Shown: piece by piece, positions 1 through 9,522 of the stretch
How the letters are laid out: every line of letters starts with the position of its first letter
Position numbering within the stretch: position 1 is the stretch's first letter
Assembly (NCBI GenBank): GCA_963676915.2
Contig: CAXXVK010000068.1
Span: forward strand, 64,001-128,000
Length of the DNA: 64,000 bases
Direction of reading: 5' to 3'
Origin: Myxococcota bacterium
GTDB taxonomy: Bacteria; Myxococcota_A; SURF-8; G963663525
The notes under the pieces: generated by a model
Seen by the model: the letters and a program-made list of their open reading frames with translations, nothing else
What the model was told of the DNA's origin: nothing
The model's database searches: none
Position numbers and translations under genes: made by a program

Positions 1-189
1 TGTTTGCTCTCGGGCTTCGGCCACTGTATCGAAGATCGGCACGCCCAGCACTTCTTCGCCACCACGTCCCGGCGTAACGCCTGCCACGATTTTCGTTCCG
101 TATTGCTGCGATATTTCGGCATGAAACCGACCCGTTTTTCCGGTCAGACCCTGAACGATCAGTTTGCTGTTTTCATTGACAAGAATCAT
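1..189 (-). CDS. sucD: succinyl-CoA synthetase alpha subunit, N-terminal part (runs off window)
   Basis: Manual translation from ATG at 189: [56 protein letters not shown]; lies 12 bp downstream of sucC; not in the ORF track. Confidence 0.93.
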   Translation of the reverse strand, partial: MILVNENSKLIVQGLTGKTGRFHAEISQQYGTKIVAGVTPGRGGEEVLGVPIFDTVAEAREQT

Positions 190-201
190 GAATTTTCCCC
201 T

Positions 202-1371
202 TTATTCGCACAGTTCTGCGGCTTTTCGTGCTGCGTTTCCGAAACCGGTTACCGGTGTAATCTCCAAGCCACTTTCGGCAAGGATTTTCCGGCCTTCCTC
301 GGCCTTCGTCCCTTCCAGTCGCACAACGATAGGGAAGGGTGGAGACGCCTTGCGGCAGGCATTGACGACACCCTCGGCGATGACATCGCAACGCATGATG
401 CCGCCGAAGATATTGACCAGCGCGACTTTCACGTCTTTGTCCGCCATCAGCAGACGAAAGGCCTTTTCAACCTGCTCGGCATTCGCTCCGCCACCGACAT
501 CCAGGAAATTCGCAGGTTTGCGTCCCGTTTCGGCCAATGCGTCCACCGTGGCCATGGCCAATCCGGCTCCGTTGACCATGCAGCCGATCTCGCCTTCCAG
601 TTTCACATAGCTGGCGCCGAAGGATGCTGCCGCCAGCGTACCGGGGTCTTCCTCGGTTTCGTCCATCCAATCGGCCAGGTCTTTTTGACGGAACATGGCG
701 TTGTCTTCGATGGTCACTTTGGCATCGAGGGGAATTACGCCGTCAGGATCGGTCAAGGCCAGGGGGTTGACCTCGACCAGCGAACAATCGCGTTTCAGAA
801 ACAGTTGAGACAGTTTGATGAGGACGGCTGCACCCTTGAGCATGTCCTTTTTGGCAAAGCCAAGCCGTGAGGCGATCAAGCGAGCTTGATGAGGACGTAA
901 TCCGGCATCGGCGGAAAACTCCATCTTGCCGATTTTCTCCGGCGATGTCTCGGCCAATTCCTCGATTTCCATGCCACCTTCGGAGGAATAGATGCAAACC
1001 ATCCGTTCCTCGGCACGATCCAGCAAGAAGGCTACATAGACTTCTTTGAGCACCTTTGTAGCCGGAGTTAGAAGTACCTGATTGACGACTTTCCCTTCCG
1101 GCCCGGTTTGCGGCGTAACCAATGGGTTTCCAAGGATTTTTTCGGCGGCGGCAACGGCTTCGTCCACCGATTTCGCAAATTTTACACCGCCGCCTTTTCC
1201 TCGACCACCGGCATGAATCTGGGCTTTGACCATCACGCCGGGACGATCCGAGTCGAGCAGTTCACCCGCGAATTGTCGGACTTCTTCCAGGGTGGTTGCC
1301 ACCTTTCCGGGCGGTAGTTCGATGCCGGCTTCTTCGAAAAGCCGTTTGGCCTGGTACTCATGGAGTTTCAT
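202..1371 (-). CDS. sucC: succinyl-CoA synthetase beta subunit
   Basis: MKLHEYQAK start, KAQIHAGGRGKGGG, GCMVNGAGLAMAT, PANFLDVGGGA, NIFGGIMRCD. Confidence 0.97.
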   Translation of the reverse strand: MKLHEYQAKRLFEEAGIELPPGKVATTLEEVRQFAGELLDSDRPGVMVKAQIHAGGRGKGGGVKFAKSVDEAVAAAEKILGNPLVTPQTGPEGKVVNQVLLTPATKVLKEVYVAFLLDRAEERMVCIYSSEGGMEIEELAETSPEKIGKMEFSADAGLRPHQARLIASRLGFAKKDMLKGAAVLIKLSQLFLKRDCSLVEVNPLALTDPDGVIPLDAKVTIEDNAMFRQKDLADWMDETEEDPGTLAAASFGASYVKLEGEIGCMVNGAGLAMATVDALAETGRKPANFLDVGGGANAEQVEKAFRLLMADKDVKVALVNIFGGIMRCDVIAEGVVNACRKASPPFPIVVRLEGTKAEEGRKILAESGLEITPVTGFGNAARKAAELCE

Positions 1372-1670
1372 CGTCCATCCTCTCCTTTGAATGAAGGGAA
1401 CACGTTCGAGGCGCGAAAATCGTGTTCGTTGTTTGCGTTTTTCAAAACATAAGAACGGACGAGATCGTTGTAAAGGATGTTTTTTAGGAAAACTTCGGCA
1501 TAGTTAAATTTATAGGCGGAGAATTCAGGATAAATCGTCGTAGAACGAGGTTTTCAACGGAAATGTCAGACAAATTCCTGATCCGTCATTATAGGATTTT
1601 GGGTGCGCCTGTTTTGGGTTCTAATATGATCCAGCAACAGAACAACAAAGACAACATTGGATCGTAGAGG

Positions 1671-2393
1671 CTATTTTTCCCGTAAATAGCCCTTATCTTG
1701 GAAGGCTCGGATGCCCTTGAGAAGATACGTTCCCTGCCAGCAGAAAAATTCTCCGTGAACGAGACGTGCCTTGTCTTTCGGAAATTCGTTCAAGTGGGAT
1801 TCTTGCCAGAGAAACGGTTCGTTCGGTAACAGATAAACTTCGGGATGGTGGCTTTCCAATTCATCCAGACTTGTGGAGGGATAACGGTCCTTCGCACCGG
1901 CCAGCACGTTTTCGAATCCGGCCAGTTCCATCATGTTGTGAATGTACGTATCGCAGCTGACTGTCATCAACGGATCACGCCAAATGACATAGGCCGCTTT
2001 CACGGGCTTTTTTGCCGCTTTTTCTTCTGCGAGAAGTTCAAGTTGATTGCGGCAGCTTTCTTCCCACATGTGGGCGGCTTCGTTGGCGTTGGTACGTTGT
2101 CCCAGTTCCAGAACCGTGGCGATGGCGTCCTCGGCAGTACGTGAATCATCCACGAACACGGGCCAGCGCTTCATGATGCTTTCGGCCTGTTTTTTGTCGT
2201 TTTCTTCCTTGCAGAGGACGACGAGATCGGGTTCCAGAGCATGTAACGTTTTCAGATCGACGCTTTTCGGTCCCCCGAGATCTTTGACACCGGGCATTTC
2301 GGGACAATACGATGTTTTTCCTACGATATCGAAGCTGCGTCCCAGATCGATCAAAGTTTGAGTCAAAGACGGTACGAGAGACACGATGCGCAT
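1671..2393 (-). CDS. helical-backbone metal receptor (BtuF/TroA-like substrate-binding family)
   Basis: MRIVSLVPSLT start, GGPK, PDLVVLCKEEN, LPNEPF, GEFFCW motifs; no signal peptide seen. Confidence 0.8.
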   Translation of the reverse strand: MRIVSLVPSLTQTLIDLGRSFDIVGKTSYCPEMPGVKDLGGPKSVDLKTLHALEPDLVVLCKEENDKKQAESIMKRWPVFVDDSRTAEDAIATVLELGQRTNANEAAHMWEESCRNQLELLAEEKAAKKPVKAAYVIWRDPLMTVSCDTYIHNMMELAGFENVLAGAKDRYPSTSLDELESHHPEVYLLPNEPFLWQESHLNEFPKDKARLVHGEFFCWQGTYLLKGIRAFQDKGYLREK

Positions 2394-2421
2394 TCAATCC
2401 TCCCTTGCTGGCATCCCGTAA

Positions 2422-2859
2422 TCACTTATTCTTTTCTATTGCAGGCCAGAGCTTCAGGCCGGTGGTGTCGTCCTGTTGTCGGACCAACGGTTCTCCGCTG
2501 AATTCATACACGATGCATTCCGCTACGAAAACTTCGGCTTCGAACAGGTGCCCGCCCAAGGCGCGACCTTCCCGGTCGCCGACCATCAGATGCAAATGGG
2601 GAAACACGTCTCCATCCAGCATGGAAATATTACCCGTGCAATGAAGGATTTCGACTTCATCCGGCAGGATATGGTTTTCGTAGGCGGCTGTTTTCTGATT
2701 GTAAAATCCCATTTTCGCATTGCGCAGAGCACCGATGATCGAAATGGAACCGTTTTGAATCTTTTCACTCGCAAGCAGGTTTTTTACACCGGATAACAAG
2801 TCTTCTCCCGGTGGGATACGTCCCATGACAACCCGCTTGATTTCTCCTTGATACAGCAT
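2422..2859 (-). CDS. PPC/DUF296 domain protein
   Basis: GEDLL, IIGAL, GNIS, PHLHLMVGD...ALGGHL motifs. Confidence 0.88.
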   Translation of the reverse strand: MLYQGEIKRVVMGRIPPGEDLLSGVKNLLASEKIQNGSISIIGALRNAKMGFYNQKTAAYENHILPDEVEILHCTGNISMLDGDVFPHLHLMVGDREGRALGGHLFEAEVFVAECIVYEFSGEPLVRQQDDTTGLKLWPAIEKNK

Positions 2860-3651
2860 GTTTCATCTCCGAAAAAGAATCGATGGTCGAAATTGTACCG
2901 AAGTTATTGAAAATTTCAACCCCCCTCATTTTCCCAGGGGTTCCAACGTGCTCCGGGAGTCTTCCATTTTAAGTACTTAGAAGCCATCTTAAAAATATAC
3001 TCCTGTCGTCTTTCGGATGCTTTCGGTCGATTTCGCCGCCGGTCTCGACTTGAAAGACTTCCGCTATTCCGCGTCTCGTCAACGACGAATTCGTCTCGAA
3101 ATCACCTCGAAATCCTCGGTCGGTATTTTTAGCCCGGATAATTCATGAGAAATCGTCGCGAGACGCTGAAAACCGATGATATTTCAAGAAGTTGGAACTG
3201 TTTTTTAACGGAAGCAACCTTGACAGGATGTTGAGTATAAAGAATCGGGAAACGAGTGAAAGATCGAGGATTTTCAAGTCGCAGCAGGTTTTTCATGAAT
3301 TTTCCGGGTTAGGATGACTTCTAGAAAAATTTCGTGGTAACTAACGTATTCTTGCTGTGAATTGTGCAATAAAACCAAGTTGGAAGTTTTACATAATTAT
3401 TTCATAGGCTTATGGATTGTAAACAGCTAGAGCGAAAAAGTGTTGGGCAGAAAGACCCAAGCGTTTTCAGTGTCATCAGCGAGCTAACTACGTGAAGTAA
3501 TTTGTAATTATGGAGATATGTAAACGTTAACAGGTTGGATAGGAAATTATCCGGCCAATTGATGTTTGAATCAAAAATTCTGAATTGGAGAAATTATTCC
3601 TTATTAAAAACTGGACGTTTTCGTTTGGCTATTGTAAATAGGAACCGGCTT

Positions 3652-3741
<90 letters not shown>

Positions 3742-3753
3742 GATTTTCCTGGT

Positions 3754-3786
3754 AAAACGGCGAGTTAGACAACTCGCCGTTTTTTT
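3754..3786 (+). terminator. intrinsic terminator after tRNA-Ser
   Basis: AAAACGGCGAGTT-AGAC-AACTCGCCGTTTTTTT hairpin with T tract. Confidence 0.8.
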
Positions 3787-3789
3787 GTG

Positions 3790-4137
3790 CCCATATAGTG
3801 CCCAAAATTTTCCTGTCCAACACCCCACCGCTGCTTTTTTGTCACCAGGCGTAAGGTGAGAATAGCGTTCGGTCATGGTAATCGAGGCGTGCCCTAAAAG
3901 TTCCTGAACGACTTTCAGGGGAACACCTTTCATGACCAAGTGGCTGGCAAAGGTGTGTCGCAGCACGTGCCAGCCGATTTTTCTCATTCCCGCTCGTTTG
4001 CTCGCATTCCAAACCTGGGATTTGACTTGTTGCTCGGACCAGTGTTTGCCTTGGGCTGTGTCGAAAACGAACTCATTGGGTCGTAATCGACGAGTCGGCA
4101 AACAGGCCAGTGCCAAATCGTTGAGAGGAATCTCTCG
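3790..4137 (-). pseudogene. tyrosine recombinase/phage integrase C-terminal remnant
   Basis: REIPLN...WHVLRHTFASHLVMKGVPLKVVQELLGHASITMTERYSHL (HxxR, LGH, catalytic Y); in-frame TGA immediately upstream, so the N-terminal half is missing; points at the tRNA-Ser 3' end. Confidence 0.88.
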
Positions 4138-4232
4138 TCACTTGCTGACTGGATCGTTGCGATTCATCCGGTTGCTTCTGCTCAATCTGTGCTTCTTTTG
4201 TGTTGCTGTAACACCTGTTTCCCTAAAAACAT

Positions 4233-4487
4233 TTGCTCCAACGAATCGCTACGGCTATTGACTTCGTTACCAGTGTCGTTCGAAACACCGGTAAATTATG
4301 GGAAGTGTTGGAATTTGAGCAAAGGAATGCTTTGCAAAATCTACTTTTCCTGGATGGGTTGGAGTTTGATGGAGAGAAATTTGGAACCATAAAAACAAGA
4401 AAGGATTCCAATAACTTAGTTGGAATCCCAATCCTGTTTGAACGTTTGGCGGTCCCAGCGGGAATTGAACCCGCGTTTCAGGCTTGA
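4233..4487 (+). pseudogene. probable large serine recombinase C-terminal remnant reading into the tRNA-Glu 3' end
   Basis: KLWEVLEFEQRNALQNLLFLDGLEFDGEKFGT resembles serine-integrase tails; the ORF ends in the antisense of tRNA-Glu (AVPAGIEPAFQA), as tRNA-targeting integrases often do. Confidence 0.45.
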
Positions 4488-4521
4488 GAGGCCCGCGTCC
4501 TAACCCCTAGACGATGGGACC
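4447..4521 (-). tRNA. tRNA-Glu(CTC)
   Basis: Reverse complement GGTCCCATCGTCTAGGGGTTAGGACGCGGGC-CTCTCAA-GCCTG...GGTTCAATTCCCGCTGGGACCGCCA. Confidence 0.96.
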
Positions 4522-4559
4522 AAAAGAAAACCGGACACCGTGGTCCGGTTTTCAAAAAG

Positions 4560-4633
4560 TGGCTCGGGGACCAGGGGTCGAACCTGGATTAACGGGGCCA
4601 GAACCCGTCGTCCTGCCATTAGACGATCCCCGA
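4560..4633 (-). tRNA. tRNA-Gln(CTG)
   Basis: Reverse complement TCGGGGATCG...ACGGG-TTCTGGC-CCCGT...GGTTCGACCCCTGGTCCCCGAGCCA. Confidence 0.96.
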
Positions 4634-4655
4634 TGATTCTCGGTTATTTAAAAAG

Positions 4656-4729
4656 TGGCTCGGGGACCAGGATTCGAACCTGGATTGGCGGAACCAAAAT
4701 CCGCAGTCCTGCCATTGAACGATCCCCGA
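4656..4729 (-). tRNA. tRNA-Gln(TTG)
   Basis: Reverse complement TCGGGGATCG...GCGGA-TTTTGGT-TCCGC...GGTTCGAATCCTGGTCCCCGAGCCA. Confidence 0.96.
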
Positions 4730-4746
4730 TCCCTAAAGAATCTTCG

Positions 4747-5103
4747 TTACGATCCGGGCGGTGGCGATGCATCGCGGGGGATAAACTGGATGTACACTCC
4801 CGTACGTATACGAGAAATGTTGATCCCCTGCCAGCGGTCTTTCAGCCGGTAGCTACGAAAATGCGTCAGCTTCACTCCGGGAAGCGAAACCGCTGTGAAA
4901 TGCACCACATCCTTGATTCCACGAAACTTTTTCGTGAAAAATTTCACGGCATTGTGATGCATCATGCTCACCTTGTATCGATTTTCCCCGACCTGAACAG
5001 CAGAATGGGGAAGCCTCATGCCAAGGTGTTCCGCAGCCGATGCATGACCGGCCCAACAGCCGATAACAATGAAAAGAACGAATGGGAGAACCATGGTCTT
5101 CAT
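4747..5103 (-). CDS. hypothetical secreted basic protein
   Basis: GGAG RBS, signal peptide ending ASA-A, 118 aa. Confidence 0.65.
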   Translation of the reverse strand: MKTMVLPFVLFIVIGCWAGHASAAEHLGMRLPHSAVQVGENRYKVSMMHHNAVKFFTKKFRGIKDVVHFTAVSLPGVKLTHFRSYRLKDRWQGINISRIRTGVYIQFIPRDASPPPGS

Positions 5104-5473
5104 GGGTGATCTCCAAAAATCGGGCTAAGTAATAGCCGAGAGTGTTAAGGTCGTCAAGATTTTTCTTCAAGGTGTTTCGGCGAATGCTCGGGAAAAGGAA
5201 AATTTCCGTTTGTGTAAGCGGAATATCGACCTCCCAAACGCCATGCTACCGAAATCAAACCCACACTATTGTATCTATTTTCACTTCGATAGAAACTTCT
5301 TTTTTCCCTAAAAGAGAACGTTAATTTAAATGGGGAGAAATTTGGAAAAACTCTTGTGTTGCATGAAAGCTGGTGGTTCAGGGTTTAACCTGAACCGAAA
5401 CGTTTAGGGCGGGATTGAATCCCGCCCTGTCAATTCTTGTGTAACGTGTTGGAATTAAACCGTTATCTGTAGT

Positions 5474-5710
5474 CTAAAACGGTTCGATTGGAGCAAGTTG
5501 GATGCCGTAACGTCCATCTTTTGTAAGAAACTCCTTCACGTCCCCGGCTTCGGTGTAGATTAGCGCTGTGGCGTCGATATCCTGGTCCCGATTCTGTCGA
5601 AACGTCTGTCCCGCCGTGCCCGGTAGTTTGGGGCTGATCCAATGCAGACAAGCCACGGCAAGGGCGATGGACAGCAGGCCCATCGCCAGTTTGATCCAAC
5701 GCATGGCCAT
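5474..5710 (-). CDS. small membrane-anchored hypothetical protein
   Basis: TGATG overlap with the upstream transporter; N-terminal hydrophobic helix; IDATALIYTE motif. Confidence 0.7.
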   Translation of the reverse strand: MAMRWIKLAMGLLSIALAVACLHWISPKLPGTAGQTFRQNRDQDIDATALIYTEAGDVKEFLTKDGRYGIQLAPIEPF

Positions 5711-7011
5711 CAGATCACCTCGCCGAACAGGATGCCGCCGAACGCCAGCCAGGCCGCAAAAAGTGTCAGGAAGATGTTGAAACTTTGTCCGATGATGTAC
5801 AGAATGATCGGTTTTCCGCCAACGAGTTGACCTGCAAGATCGCGGAAATTCGATTCAAGTCCGATGCTTACAAACGCCAGACAGAAGAACCAGCCTCGGA
5901 AAACCTTCGACTGGTTGAGGATTTCGGAGACACCGTCACCACCGAGCATTGGCATCATGATAAAGCTGAACACTACGGAAGCCAGCACGAAACCGAGGAT
6001 GAATTTCGGGAAACGGTACCAGATTTCCATCAGGCTCGGGCGAGGCGCGTCCGGGTCGCGGTCCACTTTCGTAACCCAGGCAATGGCGACCACAAACGCA
6101 ACAAAGCCGATCAAAACATTCTGAATCATTTTGACCACAGCCGCCACTTTTTCGGCGTCCGGCCCCAAAAATGCTCCCGAAGCGACGACCGCCCCGGTGG
6201 AGTCGATGGTGCCGCCCAACCAGGCGCCGCCGACGGCGGGGGAAAGTCCGATGGCCTTGGCCAGCGCGGGCATTCCGACCATCATGATAACTGTGAAAAT
6301 CATCGTCATGCCGACGGCCAGAGTGAGTTCTTCTTTCTTCGCTCGGCAGGCCGCCGCCGTGGCGATGGCTGCCGATACACCGCAAACGCTCGTAGCCGCA
6401 GCCACGATGATGACGAAAGGTTTGGAGGTCATTTTTAGAAAACGGGTGCCGAAATACCACATGAAAATGATGACCGTCGGGGTGACCATCCATGCAACAA
6501 CCAGCCCTGGTCCACCAAGCTTGAGGATTTTCGAAAAGAGAATTTCAGCACCCAGCAGAACGAGTCCGGTTTTGATGAACATCTCCGAACGAGCGCCCGT
6601 CAATAACCATTTCGGTGTGCCGACCGTGTTGGAAATCAGCAAACCCAGTCCCAGCGCCCAAATGGCGTAACCGATACCCCAGGATTTGATCGTCGTTTGA
6701 TGCGCTAGGAAGTACGAGAGTACGGCAATCAGGAAAATGACTGCAAATCCGGGGAGATAGGTCTTCCATTTCTCTTTCATGACCAAGACGCCCAGGGTCG
6801 TCATGATGGCAAGACCCGCGAGCAATATGACCAGGGGAAGGAAAAGTTCCGATGGAAAAGCATCCAGCGGGTTCGAGGTCCATTTTCCGATTTTCGGTAC
6901 TTTATCGATCAATCCGATACTGATCAGAAAAATCAGGATTCCACCGAACCAGATCGCCCAGTAGTCTTCCTTCAACCAAAGATCCGTCCAGCCGCTTTTC
7001 TGCTCCTCCAT
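5710..7011 (-). CDS. YeiH/UPF0324 putative sulfate exporter family membrane protein
   Basis: IKTGLVLLGA, TSVCGVSAAIA, GGTIDSTGAV, KMIQN, FPKFILGF motifs; start set at MEEQK behind GGAGG. Confidence 0.88.
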   Translation of the reverse strand: MEEQKSGWTDLWLKEDYWAIWFGGILIFLISIGLIDKVPKIGKWTSNPLDAFPSELFLPLVILLAGLAIMTTLGVLVMKEKWKTYLPGFAVIFLIAVLSYFLAHQTTIKSWGIGYAIWALGLGLLISNTVGTPKWLLTGARSEMFIKTGLVLLGAEILFSKILKLGGPGLVVAWMVTPTVIIFMWYFGTRFLKMTSKPFVIIVAAATSVCGVSAAIATAAACRAKKEELTLAVGMTMIFTVIMMVGMPALAKAIGLSPAVGGAWLGGTIDSTGAVVASGAFLGPDAEKVAAVVKMIQNVLIGFVAFVVAIAWVTKVDRDPDAPRPSLMEIWYRFPKFILGFVLASVVFSFIMMPMLGGDGVSEILNQSKVFRGWFFCLAFVSIGLESNFRDLAGQLVGGKPIILYIIGQSFNIFLTLFAAWLAFGGILFGEVI

Positions 7012-7366
7012 CGTTTCGCCTCCTCTTGCGTGCTGTCCCGACCCTCCCAGAGCACCCGAGCCTACAGAAAAACCGCATGGCTCCAGCAAATTGTTCGTGT
7101 CGGGGAATGGATTTCCTCTTTCGGAACCTCACTTTACGCCTATCGTGTGGAGATTGCAATTCCAAATCAGGAATATACGAAAGGGTAGGGGTGTTTCTAA
7201 AAGCTGGTTTGTTCTGCATATTTCTTTGTATGGGCCATTATCGATCGAGATGAAAGAAAAAACATGGTTGTGTTTTTTTAGATCCGGTATGATAAGGTGA
7301 GTTATTTTGAAGACTGTGGTCAGGATAAGCCCGATGTTGAAAAGTGATCCAAGAAACCGCAAAGGG

Positions 7367-8050
7367 ATGCCGGAATTGATGCAGCTTGAAGATGAAATCG
7401 ACAAGCTGAAGCACAAGTTCGATTTGTATTTTGCTGGCATCGAAAATATCGATCCTCGGGACAAAAAAGTACGCGTTCAGCGCTTGATTGCCCGCCTGAA
7501 CGACATTTCCCCGCGCAATCCGAATATCAAGTTTCGTTTCCAGTCGGCAGCGGCACGTTATGTTGCTCTTAACCAATACTGGACTCGTATTTGTCGGCAA
7601 ATCGACGAAGGAACATACAAGCGCGATTTATTCAAAGCCAACATCAAGCGTCGGGAAGGAACGGAAGCTAAAACGTTTTTTGCCAAGGAAGCCGTACAGT
7701 TGCCAGCTTCCGAAGAAGGCGAAAACGCCGAGACTCCCGCTAAAAAAGAAACTCCCGCCGCCGCAGCTTCGGAAGCGTCTCGTCAGACACCTGCCACCTC
7801 TCAAGCGACCCGTCCGGCGTCTTCGCCGAAACCCGGAGCAAGCAAGGGTATGGATCTGCTCCTGGACAAGTACGTGGAACAGCGAAACAAAAACGGTGGT
7901 GGCACGGCCAATGTGGATCGGGAAGAACTGAAGAAAAAGCTTCGCAAACAAGCGGAACTACTGAAGAAAAAGCATGGGGCGAAAAGCGTGGGATTCAAAG
8001 TGGTGACGAGAGACGGCAAGACCTCGTTCCAACCCGTGCTCAAAAAATAA
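7367..8050 (+). CDS. MXAN_5187 C-terminal-domain-like protein
   Basis: Helical N-domain (FDLYFAGIE...FRFQ...W), Ala/Pro/Ser linker, C-domain ending KKHGAKSVGFKVVTRDGKTSFQPV; start uncertain (7307-7367). Confidence 0.6.
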   Translation: MPELMQLEDEIDKLKHKFDLYFAGIENIDPRDKKVRVQRLIARLNDISPRNPNIKFRFQSAAARYVALNQYWTRICRQIDEGTYKRDLFKANIKRREGTEAKTFFAKEAVQLPASEEGENAETPAKKETPAAAASEASRQTPATSQATRPASSPKPGASKGMDLLLDKYVEQRNKNGGGTANVDREELKKKLRKQAELLKKKHGAKSVGFKVVTRDGKTSFQPVLKK

Positions 8051-8072
8051 CCCAACCTTACCTGTTGTTTTT

Positions 8073-8107
8073 CGTAGCGACCGGTTCATTGCAAACCGGT
8101 CGCTACG
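8073..8107. repeat. GTAG-led palindrome (REP-like or bidirectional terminator) between convergent genes
   Basis: CGTAGCGACCGGTT-CATTGCA-AACCGGTCGCTACG, 14-bp perfect stem. Confidence 0.6.
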
Positions 8108-8114
8108 AGAATAT

Positions 8115-9520
8115 TTATCCGTGAATCTGCCGTTTTTCCACCGCCATCGCAGCTTCTTTTAAAGCTTCCGACAGCGTAGGGTGTGCGTGCGAGGTGCGGG
8201 CGATGTCCTCGGAACTGGCGGAGAACTCCATTCCCAACGTGGCTTCGGCGATCAATTCGGAGGCGTGGGGGCCGACGATGTGTACGCCCAATACGCGGTC
8301 CGTTTCGGCGTCGGCTACGACTTTTACCAGCCCGCCGTCGTCGCCCATCGTTTTGGCTCGACCGTTGCCTTTGAAGTAGAATTTGCCGACTTTGACCGTA
8401 TGTCCGTTTTCCTTGGCTTGGGTTTCCGTCCAGCCGACCTGAGCCAGTTCGGGGGATGTGTAAATCACGTTCGGAATGGCGTCGTAGTTGATATGACTCG
8501 GTTTTCCGGCGATGGCTTCCGCTACGGCGATGCCTTCTTCCTCGGCTTTATGCGCCAGCATCGGTCCGCGTACGATATCGCCGATGGCATAGATTCCTTC
8601 GACGGACGTTTGCAACTTTTCATCCACCGCGATTCGTCGTTTTTATCGGGTTCCAATCCGGCGTTTTTCAGTCCCAGACCTTCGAAATACGGACGCCGTC
8701 CTACGGCGACCAGCACTTTTTCACAGGCTAACGTTTCGGTTTCACCTTTATCGTTTTTCAGGGTCAACTGGACTGCTTCACTCTCATTTTCAGGGAGTTT
8801 CGCATCCGTTACTTTGGTTTTCAGTTTGAAATCCAGCCCTTGCGATTTCAGACCGCGAAGCAGGGCTTGGGAAAGCTGTTTGTCGGCAAAGGGAGCGATG
8901 CGGTCGAAGATCTCGATCACCGTAACCTCGCTGCCCAGTCTGGACCAGACGCTACCCAACTCCAACCCTACGGCTCCGGCGCCGATCACCGCCAGCGTTT
9001 TCGGTGGAGCATCGAAAGACAACGCCTCGGTGCTGGAAACAATGGATTTTCCGTTAAAAGGCATAAATGGGAGTTCCACGGGTGCGCTTCCGGTGGCCAA
9101 CACGATCGATTCGGCTTCTAGCGTGGCGTCGCCGTCTTCGGTGACGACCTGCACGGTGCGGGTGTCTTTAAGGCTTGCTTTGCCTTGGAAGACCTTGATT
9201 TTATTCTTTTTCATCAGCATGCCGATGCCGCCGGTCAACTCCGAAACGATACCGCTTTTGCGTTGCATCGTTTTTTGCAGGTCGAGTCCAACGTTATCGA
9301 CGGTTACGCCATGCTCGGCGAATTCGTGGGTGGCAGCCCGGTAGGCGTGACTGGATTCGAGCAGCGCTTTGGTGGGAATGCAGCCGACGTTCAGGCAGGT
9401 GCCGCCGAGTGCGGGATCTTTTTCCACGAGCGCCACCGTTTTTCCAAGCTGTGCCGAGCGAATCGCCGCGACGTATCCTCCCGGACCTCCTCCGATGACT
9501 ACGACCTCGTACTGTTCCAT
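8115..9520 (-). CDS. lpdA: dihydrolipoamide dehydrogenase (E3), split by a frameshift near 8630-8650
   Basis: [18 protein letters not shown] in ORF 8522..9520; [22 protein letters not shown] in ORF 8115..8627. Confidence 0.93.
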
Positions 9521-9522
9521 CT

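Noticed and set aside
2860-3300. Cobalamin riboswitch upstream of the DUF296/BtuF-like genes
   Set aside because: No GCCACTG or B12-box consensus recognised on the minus strand
4931-4950. Rex-like palindrome TTCGTGAAAAATTTCACGGC
   Set aside because: Lies inside a coding region and far from the redox genes
4540-5109. Plus-strand ORF with an internal repeat SKSGSGTR
   Set aside because: It is the antisense translation of the two tandem tRNA-Gln genes
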